Source: Macrostomum hystrix
Taxonomy: Eukaryota; Animalia; Platyhelminthes
Direction: 5' to 3'
Length of the DNA stretch: 64,000 nucleotides
Assembly: GCA_950097015.1 (NCBI GenBank)
Contig: CATNEN010000029.1
Location: 868,001-932,000, forward strand
The notes under the pieces were generated by a model. The model worked only from the letters and a program-made list of their open reading frames with translations, did no database searches and was not told the origin of the DNA. The translations under genes and the position numbers were made by a program. Shown piece by piece: positions 25,176-36,436 of this stretch; the first letter of the stretch is position 1, and every line of letters begins with the position of its first letter.

Positions 25176-28100
25176 TTATCGTCTCTCTGACCTGATGCTG
25201 ACTGCGCTAACTTTGGCCCTGTATCTGGCACCGCCACGCGACATCAGTAGGTAGAATATGGCGCCAATCAGTTCCATGAACTCCACGAAAGTCATGATTG
25301 AGACTCCGACCCACAGGCCTGGCAATTTGCGTATTCGAATGACTTATCATTAGTGAGTGTCACACCTGAGTTCACACTGGCCATTAGTGAGTGCCTCACT
25401 GTCACACCTGAATTCACACTGGCCATTAGTGAGTGCCTCACTGTCACACCTGAGTTCACACAGGTCATTAGTGAGTGCCTCACTGTCACACCTGAGTTCA
25501 CACTGGTCATTTGTGAGTGCCTCACTGTCACACCTGAGTTCACACTGGCCATTAGTGAGTGCCTCACTGTCACACCTGAATTCACACTGGCCATTAGTGA
25601 GTGCCTCACTGTCGCACCTGAACTCAAGACCTGCTCACCAAGAATGCCTCCCAGATCGCTGAACAGATTCCGCATCGGATAGCTCCAAACCTCCTTGGAG
25701 ACTGTGACAGTCGCTGAGCTAGGAAAGAGATCCAACACGGCCATAAAATTGCTTAGGTAAGAGGTGATTTGAGTATTGAGTATCCAGGTGTTGAGATAGT
25801 CCAGTCTCCTGGTGGATCTGTTCAACTGCTTGGCGTCGGCTAGCAGCTGCTTGAGGAAGAAGCTGATTGCCTGAGTGGCTGGCTCAATCTGCATGTTGTT
25901 TGGCCAAGGACTGCGGGCTGTGGACACCTTGTACTCTGTGTTGTCGCATGTCACCTGGCACTGCCGGACATCCACGCCCAACTGTGATTGGCTATCGCGC
26001 ACCCTATGAAAGCATTTCAGCCTGTCCAAGGTGCCTTGTGTAAGGTTGGGATTCCTGGCCAGGTAGTCGGCGAGGTTCTCGTTCATTGCGCTCTCGTTGC
26101 GTATTTCGTAATAGTAGAAGGTTGAGTTGTTTGGCAGGGTCCTTGTCATGACGCTGATGTCGCGATAGAAAATCTGCAAAAGTTAAAAAAGATCTGGATT
26201 TCTTGTAAATACTATTTTTAGTAGTATCATGCGAATTTTAACAAGTCCAGTTCTTAATTTTTAATCAAGAATCTCTTGTCTGGTGTATTATAATTGCTTT
26301 GCACCTCATCCGACAGGGCGTGACAGGGCGGCACCAGGTGGAACATGTCTTCCGGCACGCCCAGGTGGGGTCCAAAACAGCCACAGGCAGACAGGAATTC
26401 CTGCTGCATTAGCCGGACTACGCAGTCCTGCTTTGTGCCATAGAATGTGGCGCTCTCCAGCCGATGCAGGGAGTAGTCAACTATGTAGGTGGTATTGGGC
26501 AGGCCCGCCAGGCAGGGAGCTTCGGGTCGATCCACTTTCTCGCTGCGGTCTAGATCCACCAGCGCGGTGGTCTTGGCGCCCAGTGGCGCAATGAAGGCCT
26601 TGTTGAAGTCTGGCCGAGTGCCTACGGAGTGTATTGGGAAGCGATGACAGATGGGATGGTGAGGCTCCGAAGATCTGGACAATTGGGATGGATCTCAGCA
26701 GGGAAGATGGGATGAGATGGGGATGGATCTCAGCAGGGAGAATGGGATGAGTTGGGATGGATCTCAACAGGGAAGATTGGATGAGAAAGGGATGGATCTG
26801 AGCAGGGAGAATGGGATAAGTTAGGATGGATCTCAGCAGGGAAGATAAGATGAGTTGGGAAGGATCTGAGCAGGGAGAATTGGATAAGTTGGGGATGGAT
26901 CTGAGCAGGAAGAAAGGGATGAGATGGGGAAGGATCTGAGCAGGGAGAATGGGATGAGATGGGGATGGATCTAAGCAGGAAGAAAGGGATGAGATGGGGA
27001 AGGATCTGAGCAGGGAGAATAGGATGAGATGGGGATGGATCTAAGCAGGAAGAAAGGGATGAGTTGGGGAAGGATCTGAGCAGGGAGAATGGGATGAGAT
27101 GGGGATGGATCTGAGCAGGAAGAATGGGATGAGTTGGGATGGATTTGAGCAGGGAGAATGGGATGAGATGGGGATGGATTTGAGCAGGGAGAATAGGATG
27201 AGATGGGATGGATTTGAGCAGGAAGAATGGGATGAGTTGGGATGGATTTGAGCAGGGAGAATGGGATGAGATGGGATGGATTTGAGCAGGGAGAATGGGA
27301 TGAGATGGGGATGGATTTGAGCAGGAAGAATGGGATGAGATGGGGATGGATCTAAGCAGGAAGAAAGGGATGAGATGGGGAAGGATCTGAGCAGGGAGAA
27401 TAGGATGAGATGGGGATGGATCTAAGCAGGAAGAAAGGGATGAGTTGGGGAAGGATCTGAGCAGGGAGAATGGGATGAGATGGGGATGGATCTGAGCAGG
27501 GAGAATGGGATGAGATGGGGATGGATCTGAGCAGGAAGAATGGGATGAGTTGGGATGGATTTGAGCAGGGAGAATGGGATGAGATGGGGATGGATTTGAG
27601 CAGGGAGAATGGGATGAGATGGGGATGGATTTGAGCAGGAAGAATGGGATGAGTTAGGATGGATTTGAGCAGGGAGAATGGGATGAGATGGGGATGGATT
27701 TGAGCAGGGAGAATAGGATGAGATGGGATGGATTTGAGCAGGAAGAATGGGATGAGTTGGGATGGATTTGAGCAGGGAGAATGGGATGAGATGGGATAGA
27801 TTTGAGCAGGGAGAATGGGATGAGATGGGGATGGATTTGAGCAGGAAGAATGGGATGAGTTGGGATGGATTTGAGCAGGGAGAATGGGATGAGATGGGGA
27901 TGGATTTGAGCAGGGAGAATGGGATGAGATGGGGATGGATTTGAGCAGGAAGAATGGGATGAGTTGGGATGGATTTGAGCAGGGAGAATGGGATGAGATG
28001 GGGATGGATCTGAGCAGGGAGAATGGGATGAGATGGGGATGGATCTGAGCAGGGAGAATGGGATGAGATGGGGATGGATTTGAGCAGGGAGAATGGGATG

Positions 28101-31100
28101 AGATGGGGATGGATCTGAGCAGAGAGAATGGGATGAGATGGGGATGGATCTGAGCAGGGAGAATGGGATGAGATGGGGATGGATTTGAGCAGGGAGAATG
28201 GGATGAGATGGGGATGGATCTGAGCAGGGAGAATGGGATGAGATGGGGATGGATCTGAGCAGGGAGAATGGGATGAGATGGGGATGGATCTGAGCAGAGA
28301 GAATGGGATGAGATGGGGATGGATCTGAGCAGGGAGAATGGGATGAGATGGGGATGGATTTGAGCAGGGAGAATGGGATGAGATGGGGATGGATTTGAGC
28401 AGGGAGAATGGGATGAGATGGGGATGGATTTGAGCAGGAAGAATGGGATGAGTTGGGATGGATTTGAGCAGGGAGAATGGGATGAGATGGGATGGATTTG
28501 AGCAGGGAGAATGGGATGAGATGGGGATGGATTTGAGCAGGAAGAATGGGATGAGTTGGGATGGATTTGAGCAGGGAGAATGGGATGAGATGGGGATGGA
28601 TTTGAGCAGGGAGAATGGGATGAGATGGGGATGGATTTGAGCAGGAAGAATGGGATGAGTTGGGATGGATTTGAGCAGGGAGAATGGGATGAGATGGGGA
28701 TGGATCTGAGCAGGGAGAATGGGATGAGATGGGGATGGATCTGAGCAGGGAGAATGGGATGAGATGGGGATGGATTTGAGCAGGGAGAATGGGATGAGAT
28801 GGGGATGGATCTGAGCAGGGAGAATGGGATGAGATGGGGATGGATCTGAGCAGGGAGAATGGGATGAGATGGGGATGGATCTGAGCAGAGAGAATGGGAT
28901 GAGATGGGGATGGATCTGAGCAGGGAGAATGGGATGAGATGGGGATGGATTTGAGCAGGGAGAATGGGATGAGATGGGGATGGATCTGAGCAGGGAGAAT
29001 GGGATGAGATGGGGATGGATTTGAGCAGGGAGAATGGGATGAGATGGGGATGGATTTGAGCAGGGAGAATGGGATGAGATGGGGATGGATTTGAGCAGAG
29101 AGAATGGGATGAGATGGGGATGGATCTGAGCAGGGAGAATGGGATGAGATGGGGATGGATCTGAGCAGGGAGAATGGGATGAGATGGGGATGGATCTGAG
29201 CAGAGAGAATGGGATGAGATGGGGATGGATCTGAGCAGGGAGAATGGGATGAGATGGGGATGGATTTGAGCAGGGAGAATGGGATGAGATGGGGATGGAT
29301 CTGAGCAGGGAGAATGGGATGACATGGGGATGGATTTGAGCAGGGAGAATGGGATGAGATGGGGATGGATTTGAGCAGGGAGAATGGGATGAGATGGGGA
29401 TGGATTTGAGCAGGGAGAATGGGATGAGATGGGGATGGATCTGAGCAGGGAGAATGGGATGAGATGGGGATGGATTTGAGCAGAGAGAATGTGATGAGAT
29501 GGGGATGGATCTGAGCAGGGAGAATGGGATGAGATGGGGATGGATTTGAGCAGAGAGAATGGGATGAGATGGGGATGGATCTGAGCAGGGAGAATGGGAT
29601 GAGATGGGGATGGATTTGAGCAGAGAGAATGGGATGAGATGGGGATGGATCTGAGCAGGGAGAATGGGATGAGATGGGGATGGATTTGAGCAGGGAGAAT
29701 GGGATGAGATGGGGATGGATCTGAGCAGGGAGAATGGGATGAGATGGGGAAGGATCTGAGCAGGGAGAATGGGATGAGATGGGGAAGGATCTGAGCAGGG
29801 AGAATGGGATGAGATGGGGAAGGATCTGAGCAGGGAGAATGGGATGAGATGGGGAAGGATTTGAGCAGGGAGAATGGGATGAGATGGGGATGGATTTGAG
29901 CAGGGAGAATGGGATGAGATGGGGAAGTATTTGAGCAGAGAGATTAGGATGAGATGTGGATGAGCCGAGTCCCTTCTGCTAATCCGCTGAGCCTCACCTG
30001 GCTCATGCAGCGCCACCTCGAAGCCGGGCATGTAGCCAATCTGATTCTCGTTGCTAAGGTAAATATAGGACACGCTGTACAGAAAGACGAAGAGGCCGTT
30101 GCCTTGACCGATGCGTGCCACTGTGCGATTGTCCGGTACAAATGTGTAACACATGAATCTGAAAGTTGGTTAGGCACACTAATTCTACTGTATAGTTACG
30201 TCATAAAAATTCATATCCACAGTTTGAGTTCACTCTGCTGTAAGACAGTATTCAAACTCTCATTTCCATTATTACCGACTTGCTAATTTAGGAAAATCCC
30301 AAACAAACAACCTTTCCTCGTCCTTGTACACAGAGAAGTTCCTGTAGGTGCATGGCTTGGAGTTGTAGCGGCAGTAGATTACGCCCTCGTAGGCCTCCTG
30401 GAAGTTCTGACGATAGGCTACGCTGCGAAAGGCCAGCTTGGCGTCTTCATAGTAGCTCTCGGCTGTAGGAGACACGGACTGGCTGGAGTTGGTCAGTGCC
30501 AGCTGGTAGTACAGCAGAGGAATGTCCATGATCATCTGGAATATTGTCCTATTGGTGGCTGTTTGGGCCGCCGTGAAGGGTACAGTAATGAGCGACATTC
30601 AATTGTTGTAAAATATACATTGTAAGTCTTGCGTAAATTGAAGTTAAAGCAAAGATATAACGACAGAAGAGAATACGAATAGAGTGAAGGGACTGAGAGG
30701 CAGGAGAGGGGACTGACGAGAGCAGTAGAGGGGACTGAGGGGCCGGAGCGTCATGAGAGGGGACTGAGGGGCAGGAGAGTGGACTGAGGAGACGAGTAAG
30801 AGTGGAAATGAGGAAGAGAGAGAATGGTGGACCAAAATATCCCAGTTAGCCGGGCTGGAGTCAGTGAAATTCATTTCGTAGCCATAGACTTCACTTTCTC
30901 TTTATTTATCCCTATTTTCAGGAATCTTGTATTTTCTAATCCGAATGAAATCAGTGCTGTTAGAAATGCCGGCTCACTGCCCGGATAGCTGGAGTTGCTC
31001 ATGTAGGCCGCGTAGAATGGCACGAAGTTGGTGGGGCACAGTGTCACCGCCGGGAAGCTGAAATCGGCCCCATCAGTGATGAACTCCGTGCTGACTGGAT

Positions 31101-31614
31101 AGGACAGGTACTGCTGCACCAGCTGGCCCAGGTGGGCGCTGAAGCCGCAGCAGGCAGCCAGGATGATCAGCGCCCAGACTGCCCGCTGACCGGCCGAGCC
31201 CTGGGCGAGCCGGCCGACGCCGTGGGCCGTTGTTTCTCGGGCAAATCGCGGCAGCAGGCTGTCGCGAATCGCCCTGAACGGATCGACGCCGTCGTTAAAT
31301 TCGCCGATACTGTCGACACGTAAGATGCGCCCTTCCGCTGCCTTTCCGCTCCCGACACCACCGTTAACATTTCCGCCGTCACCGAGACTATTTCCGCCGT
31401 CACCGACACCATTTCCGCCGTCACCGACAACATTTCCGCCGTCACCGACACCATTTCCTCCGTCACCGAGACTATTTCCGCCGTTAGCGACACCATTTCC
31501 GACATCCTTGTCGGTAGCACCGACATTGCCACCGATGCCATCACTGGCACTGTCGGCTGCTGATCTTTTACCGGTTCTCTCGACAGATCCGATTTGGTCG
31601 CTGTCGACGTCCAT
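25176..31614 (-). CDS. DEG/ENaC (ASIC/FaNaC superfamily) amiloride-sensitive-type sodium channel, ~679 aa
   Basis: Exons (minus): 30978-31614, 30312-30558, 29998-30158, 26305-26621, 25639-26173, 25176-25318. Phases consistent, 2040 nt. Motifs: FARETTAHG (HG), TM1, YLSYPV..FPAVTLC, CRYNSKPC, CYTF, Cys-rich thumb, SDLGGILGLWVGVSIMTFVE (TM2/GxS filter). Confidence 0.92.
25352..25620. repeat. 42-bp minisatellite (~6 copies) in last ENaC intron
   Basis: CATTAGTGAGTGCCTCACTGTCACACCTGAGTTCACACTGGC tandem units. Confidence 0.93.
26680..29960. repeat. 35-bp purine/G-rich minisatellite (GAGCAGGGAGAATGGGATGAGATGGGGATGGATTT) filling an ENaC intron
   Basis: Seen directly, ~90 units. Produces the 657-aa and 910-aa spurious ORFs. 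Confidence 0.97.
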
Positions 31615-32631
31615 GAAGCTGGTACTTTATCGGGGCCGATAAAATCTCTCTCGCCTGTCTCCATGGCCACCTCGCCCGTAAAATTAATGTTTTATAGAGT
31701 TTTCAAACTTTGCAACTGAGTATCAAGTGTCTCTAAGAAACCTAAATTTCTTTCAGCGACCTTTTGTTCGACGAAGATTGAAATGATGACTGGCAATACT
31801 ATTATTCATTCATTCATTGCAATTTCTATGAGTTTCTATGAAACTCAGTAAGGCCCATTGAACAATTGGCAGAGGTTTAAAGAAAGGATACATCGCCTTG
31901 ACTTCAAAGCTCGGTAATTTGAAACCTGGGTTCAAAACTATTAAACAATGACCATCCATCAAAGAGAGTATAATAATGATAAAAACTAAAAAAAATACGA
32001 CTGCTATATAAATGATCGTTTAAAGCAGTTTCCTACAAATAGTCCGTTCTTTTTGGAGTCTATTTGAGTCATTTTGTCTCTCATAACTTTCTAGTTTCCA
32101 TTGCTCCATTTCATACAAACATCAATCAATATCTGCAATTCTGTTTTGCTGGAATGATAAATTGCACCAACAAACCAACAGGAGGGGTTAAGCGACATTT
32201 ATCTCCATGGTAACAGGTAGGATGCACGGGATAACGAGTAGACTTGAGCTAATTCGGAGAGTTCAACGAAAATTAATGACATCGCGAGTTTGTAGATCAG
32301 AGAGAGGAATCACTCTTAATACACCGGCACGATAGTTAGTTGGCCCCTTGAAAAACTGAACTCAATACGATGTTTTCAGAGTCATAAAAAACTACTCGAA
32401 TCGAAACTCGTCAATTCATTTCCGCAAGTTTTTTTCTGCATAAAATATTAGCCGTTTAAAATGTATTCTTCTAACTCTATTCACTCTAAAACAATAATTG
32501 TAATTGCACTGTTGTTAAAAGTTTTCAAAGTTAAATGACTTTTATGGGCGTCGAAAAGGAAAAAATAACTTGTATTTAAGAAGAGTGGTAGAGAGGTGCG
32601 AGGTCAGATGCGTGACAGTGAGCGGTGATTT

Positions 32632-32890
32632 TAGGAGTGAGGTTGGTCGTGGAGTGAGGTTGGTGGAGGAGTGGGGTTGGTGAAGGAGTGGGGTTGGTGG
32701 AGGAGTGGGGTTGGTGGAGGAGTGAGGTTGGTGGTGGAGTGAGGTTGGTGGTGGAGTGAGGTTGGTGGAGGAGTGAGGTTGGTGAAGGAGTGGGGTTGGT
32801 GGAGGAGTGAGGTTGGTGGGTGAGTGAGGTTGGTGGAGGGGTGAGGCTCGTGGAGGAGTAAGGTTGGTTGAGCTGTGAGGTTTGTGGAGG
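32632..32890. repeat. G-rich degenerate minisatellite (GGAGTGAGGTTGGTGGA-like)
   Basis: Seen directly, between the ENaC 5' end and the TMEM196-like 3' end. Confidence 0.85.
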
Positions 32891-33104
32891 AGTCGAGCAG
32901 TCGATTAGTAAGATTCCACAACGGTTTAATTTCGTAGTGCTTAAGCAGAAAGACTTGTGCAAGTCAGTTCTAGTATTTCGGTGTCAGAAGCAGGGATTTC
33001 ATAATATAATCAGATGGCAAAGCTCAAGTGCCGCTAATTTCCATCAATAATGCGTTCATTTAAATTCCCTTAAATTCAAGGACATGTGGAAGATGATGAA
33101 GAAG

Positions 33105-35688
33105 TCACAACTCGCTGGCGTCAAGCAGTTTCTTCTCCACCTTGCCATCGATGCCCGACTTGCTGACCACCACAACGTCCTTCTCGCCGTAGACCTCCAC
33201 GTGGAAGAGAGTCTCGCGCTTGTTGCTCATCTCGACCTTGGCCAGCTTGGCCAGGCGGCAGCTGATGATGCTGCTGACTATGCAGACGAGGCACTCTGTG
33301 CCGGAGGCACCCAGGGCGCAGAGCAGCAGCACGTCCAGGTTCTCCTTCTGGTAGGTGTGCCCGTCGGTGGTGTGGTTCACCAGACCCAGCCGCAGCAGCT
33401 GGATGCTGATCACTGCCGTCAGTAGCGACACCACAGAGAAGGCGGAGAAGCAGAGGATCTGAGTAGGTGGAATGAGATTTGACGTTGCTGGCTTTGGTGT
33501 TGTCAGCTGTCATGCCTCCGCTGTCCCCCACACCGCCTCTTACACTGCCCCAATGCATTCCATTTCACTATGCTGATGAATTTCTACAAACGTCTAGCTC
33601 GTACTCGTATTATCCCAGAGTAAAATATATGGATTAAGAGAAGCTGGGAAGCAAGTCTCAGTGCAATGGCTTCTCCTCTATGCTCTCCACAGCCTGGCCA
33701 CCGGCCTTTGCGGCTCATTTTGCAGGCGGGTTCACTCGACACAGAAGAGCGACCTCTCGCTGCTTTGATGTCAAAAGCTTGAGTCGTCGCTCTCCACCTT
33801 TGAGTCGCGTGATCTTTGTGCTTGGCCAGCTCAGCGGAGCGGAGAGATGGTTGGATTAGGAAGCTAGAGCTGAATAAGGAGTGCTCAAGTTTTTCACTGG
33901 ATTACCATCTCGATGATAAAGCTTAAGCCTTAGACTCTGATGAAAGTGGCAAATCTCTAAAAAATGGAAAGGTAAGGAAGTGCATTTTCGTAATAGTATC
34001 AATAATTAACAAAAAACTCACAATGTAAATTGTCTGCCGTCTGACGCATGCGACACCGATCATGCCTGTGACGAAGAACTGAAATTGATACCAGATTATG
34101 CAATTTAACTTTTAGCTGCTTTCGATTGAAGTTACAAAACGTTAAAATTTGGTTAAGGGATGGAATGGTTTCCTTCGGAGTGAGGTGGGTTGCTATGGAG
34201 TGAGGTGGGTTGCTTTGGAGTGAGGTGTCTGGCTGTGCAGTGAGGTGGGTCGCTATAGAGTGAGGTGGATCGCTATAGAGTGAGGTGGGTTGCTTCAAAG
34301 TGAGGTGGGTCGCTTCAAAGTGAGGTCGATTGCTTCAGAGTGAGGTGGTTCGCTTCAGAGTGAGGTGGGTTGCTTCGGAGTGATGTGGGTTGCTTCGGAG
34401 TGAGGTGGGTTGCTTCGGAGTGAGGTGAGTCGCTTCGGAGTGAGGTGGGTTGCTTTGGAGTGAGGTAGGTTGCTTCGGAGCGAGGTGGGTTGCTTCGGAG
34501 CGAGGTGGGTTGCTTCGGAGCGAGGTGGGTTGCTTCGGAGTGATGCGGGTTGCTTCGGAGTGAGGTGGGTTGCTTCGGAGCGAGGTGGGTTGCTTTGGAG
34601 TGAGGTGGGTGGCTGTGCAGTGCGGTTAGTGACTTAGGAGAGCTTTGAGTTGCTTTGGTTTGCTTTCGATTGAATTTCAGATGCAAACTTCGTATGTCTA
34701 AATCATCAGTAAAAATCGATAATTTGATGCCAAAACTAAAAAAAGAAAAGTGCACAATAAAGAGACTGCCAGCTCTCCATTTCAAGCTTTGTGATGAGGC
34801 GAGCTTTTCTTGAAGTGTGCCGCTGTCCAGTTAAAGGAATGGCAAGCAAGAGACTGAGTGCTCGAGAGGGACTCAAGTTTCACACCGGATTCAAGTGTGG
34901 AGGCCCCAGCGACAGAGCAAGAGAGAAGGAGAGAAAGTTATTAAATTGTCGGATATTGATAAAGTGCACGGAAAATTCGATATTGACTGCCATTTCTCTA
35001 CAAGGCTTTATGATTGAGAAGGAGGCAAGTGTAATTCGCCTGTCTTGTTCCTTCTTGGCCTCAAAATTTAGGCCTCCCCAGAGCATTCTTAGCTCCGGTT
35101 TTGCATGTCGTTACAGCCTATTTTTATCAGATATTTTCAGGCTGGCAAAGACCAAAATATTTCGAGCTGTCTGCTTGATATGCCGGCAACGCCAGGGTGA
35201 TGAGTCGCTTTCTACCCCCGTATTCAATCCGCTCCGCTGATCTCAATGGAACAAAAAACCGATGCACTTTTAGTTATTCAACTGCCCACCTAAATAGCGT
35301 TCATTCACTTGCTTTTTTGGTCAATAAATTAAATTGAAAAATACGATATAAATAGGAGAATTATATCGTAGAGAGAATGAGAATGAAATACCGAATAGAA
35401 ATCGAATCTAATTAATACCAATTTCCGTTTCGGAAGCTTTTGCAACGAGGCTATCAAATAGCAGAAATTAAACAACAACCATTCGTCTTTTAAATCGTCG
35501 CGCTGACAAGCAAACAAACAAAACAAACTTACAAAGCCGCCAGACCAGATCGGGGACACCCGGTGTGCCATCCAGACAACAGCTTCAATTGTTGATATGG
35601 TGCCTAGCACAATGGACAGCGAGCCAAGGGCAATGTGAGTGATGGCCAGCACTAGGACTGTGATAAGCACAGTCTGGTACAGGTTCAT
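33105..35688 (-). CDS. TMEM196: TMEM196-like four-TM protein (CD20/MS4A clan), ~188 aa
   Basis: Exons (minus): 35533-35688, 34022-34078, 33105-33458, all phase 0. SPIWSGGF|FFVTGMIGVACVRRQTIYI|ILCFSAFSVVSLLTAVISIQLLR...SCRLAK..KRE parallels TMEM196 as recalled (SPVWSGVC, ILFSAC, TCRLAS..ERE). The N-terminus could extend upstream. Confidence 0.72.
34172..34620. repeat. 20-bp minisatellite (GGAGTGAGGTGGGTTGCTTC) in TMEM196-like intron 1
   Basis: Seen directly. Confidence 0.93.
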
Positions 35689-36436
35689 GCTGACTGCTGG
35701 CTTCGGCAAGGCCCGGCTCTGTGAGCTCGGAGACTGTTAGTGATGAAAGTCTTCTTCTTCAAAAGTCCGCACTCGGACCCAACGAATGGCTAGCAAATCA
35801 AGCGGCAGGGGCGGAGGCGGGGAAGGTAGAAAATCACGGCTGGGCGGAGATTCGGCGGGCTGGACAACAACGAGAAGAATTTGAATGCGAAAGAAGTAGC
35901 GGGGTTTAGAATGAGAATGCTCAGACAAAAGACGAGAAGACGGTCGTGTCGAGTCATGCCGCGTGCATTTGCTTTCCTCCTTCTTTTAGCTTTAATCAAC
36001 AGTGAAAGGAGAGATGAGACACGGAGCCTGAGCTGGGGAGAGACAGAAGCGCGGGTGAGCGGCAGTTCGGCTGGTTGATTAGGGGCCACCGCAGCCTCAT
36101 AAAGGGGATCGATAAGTCTCATTAATAGGACGTGACTATCATCATCTACCGCGTGTCATGCAACGCTAGGGAGTGCCGGGTGCATTCCAGAGGGCCGCAC
36201 AGACTAATGGCCAAGAGAATGCAGGCGTGTCCATCTCTGCCTGTCCGCTCCAAATAGCTCGACAGCTTCGGCAAGAAGGCGAGTAGAAAAATGAGGCGGG
36301 GAAGGGGAGAAAAATACGGCAACAAAATCGACTTCAAAGTCAGAGAAATATTCGCAATATAATTCACCTTGTCTGCGTACAGCGAGGCTTTATAATGATA
36401 TCGCAATTATACTGTAAAGCAAATGAGTGAAATATA

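Noticed and set aside
26622-26682. Alternative ENaC acceptor at 26675 (ORF track MSRSSEPHH...)
   Set aside because: Phase-incompatible with the upstream donor at 29997 and gives a stop. The acceptor at 26622 fits.
27352-30154. 657-aa and 910-aa ORFs (HPILPAQIHPHLIPFSLL...)
   Set aside because: These are translations of the 35-bp intronic array. Only 29998-30158 is a real exon, bounded by GT-AG sites.
33570-33600. CTGATGA...AAACGTC hammerhead-like string
   Set aside because: No stem II pairing, and the G of GAAA is missing.
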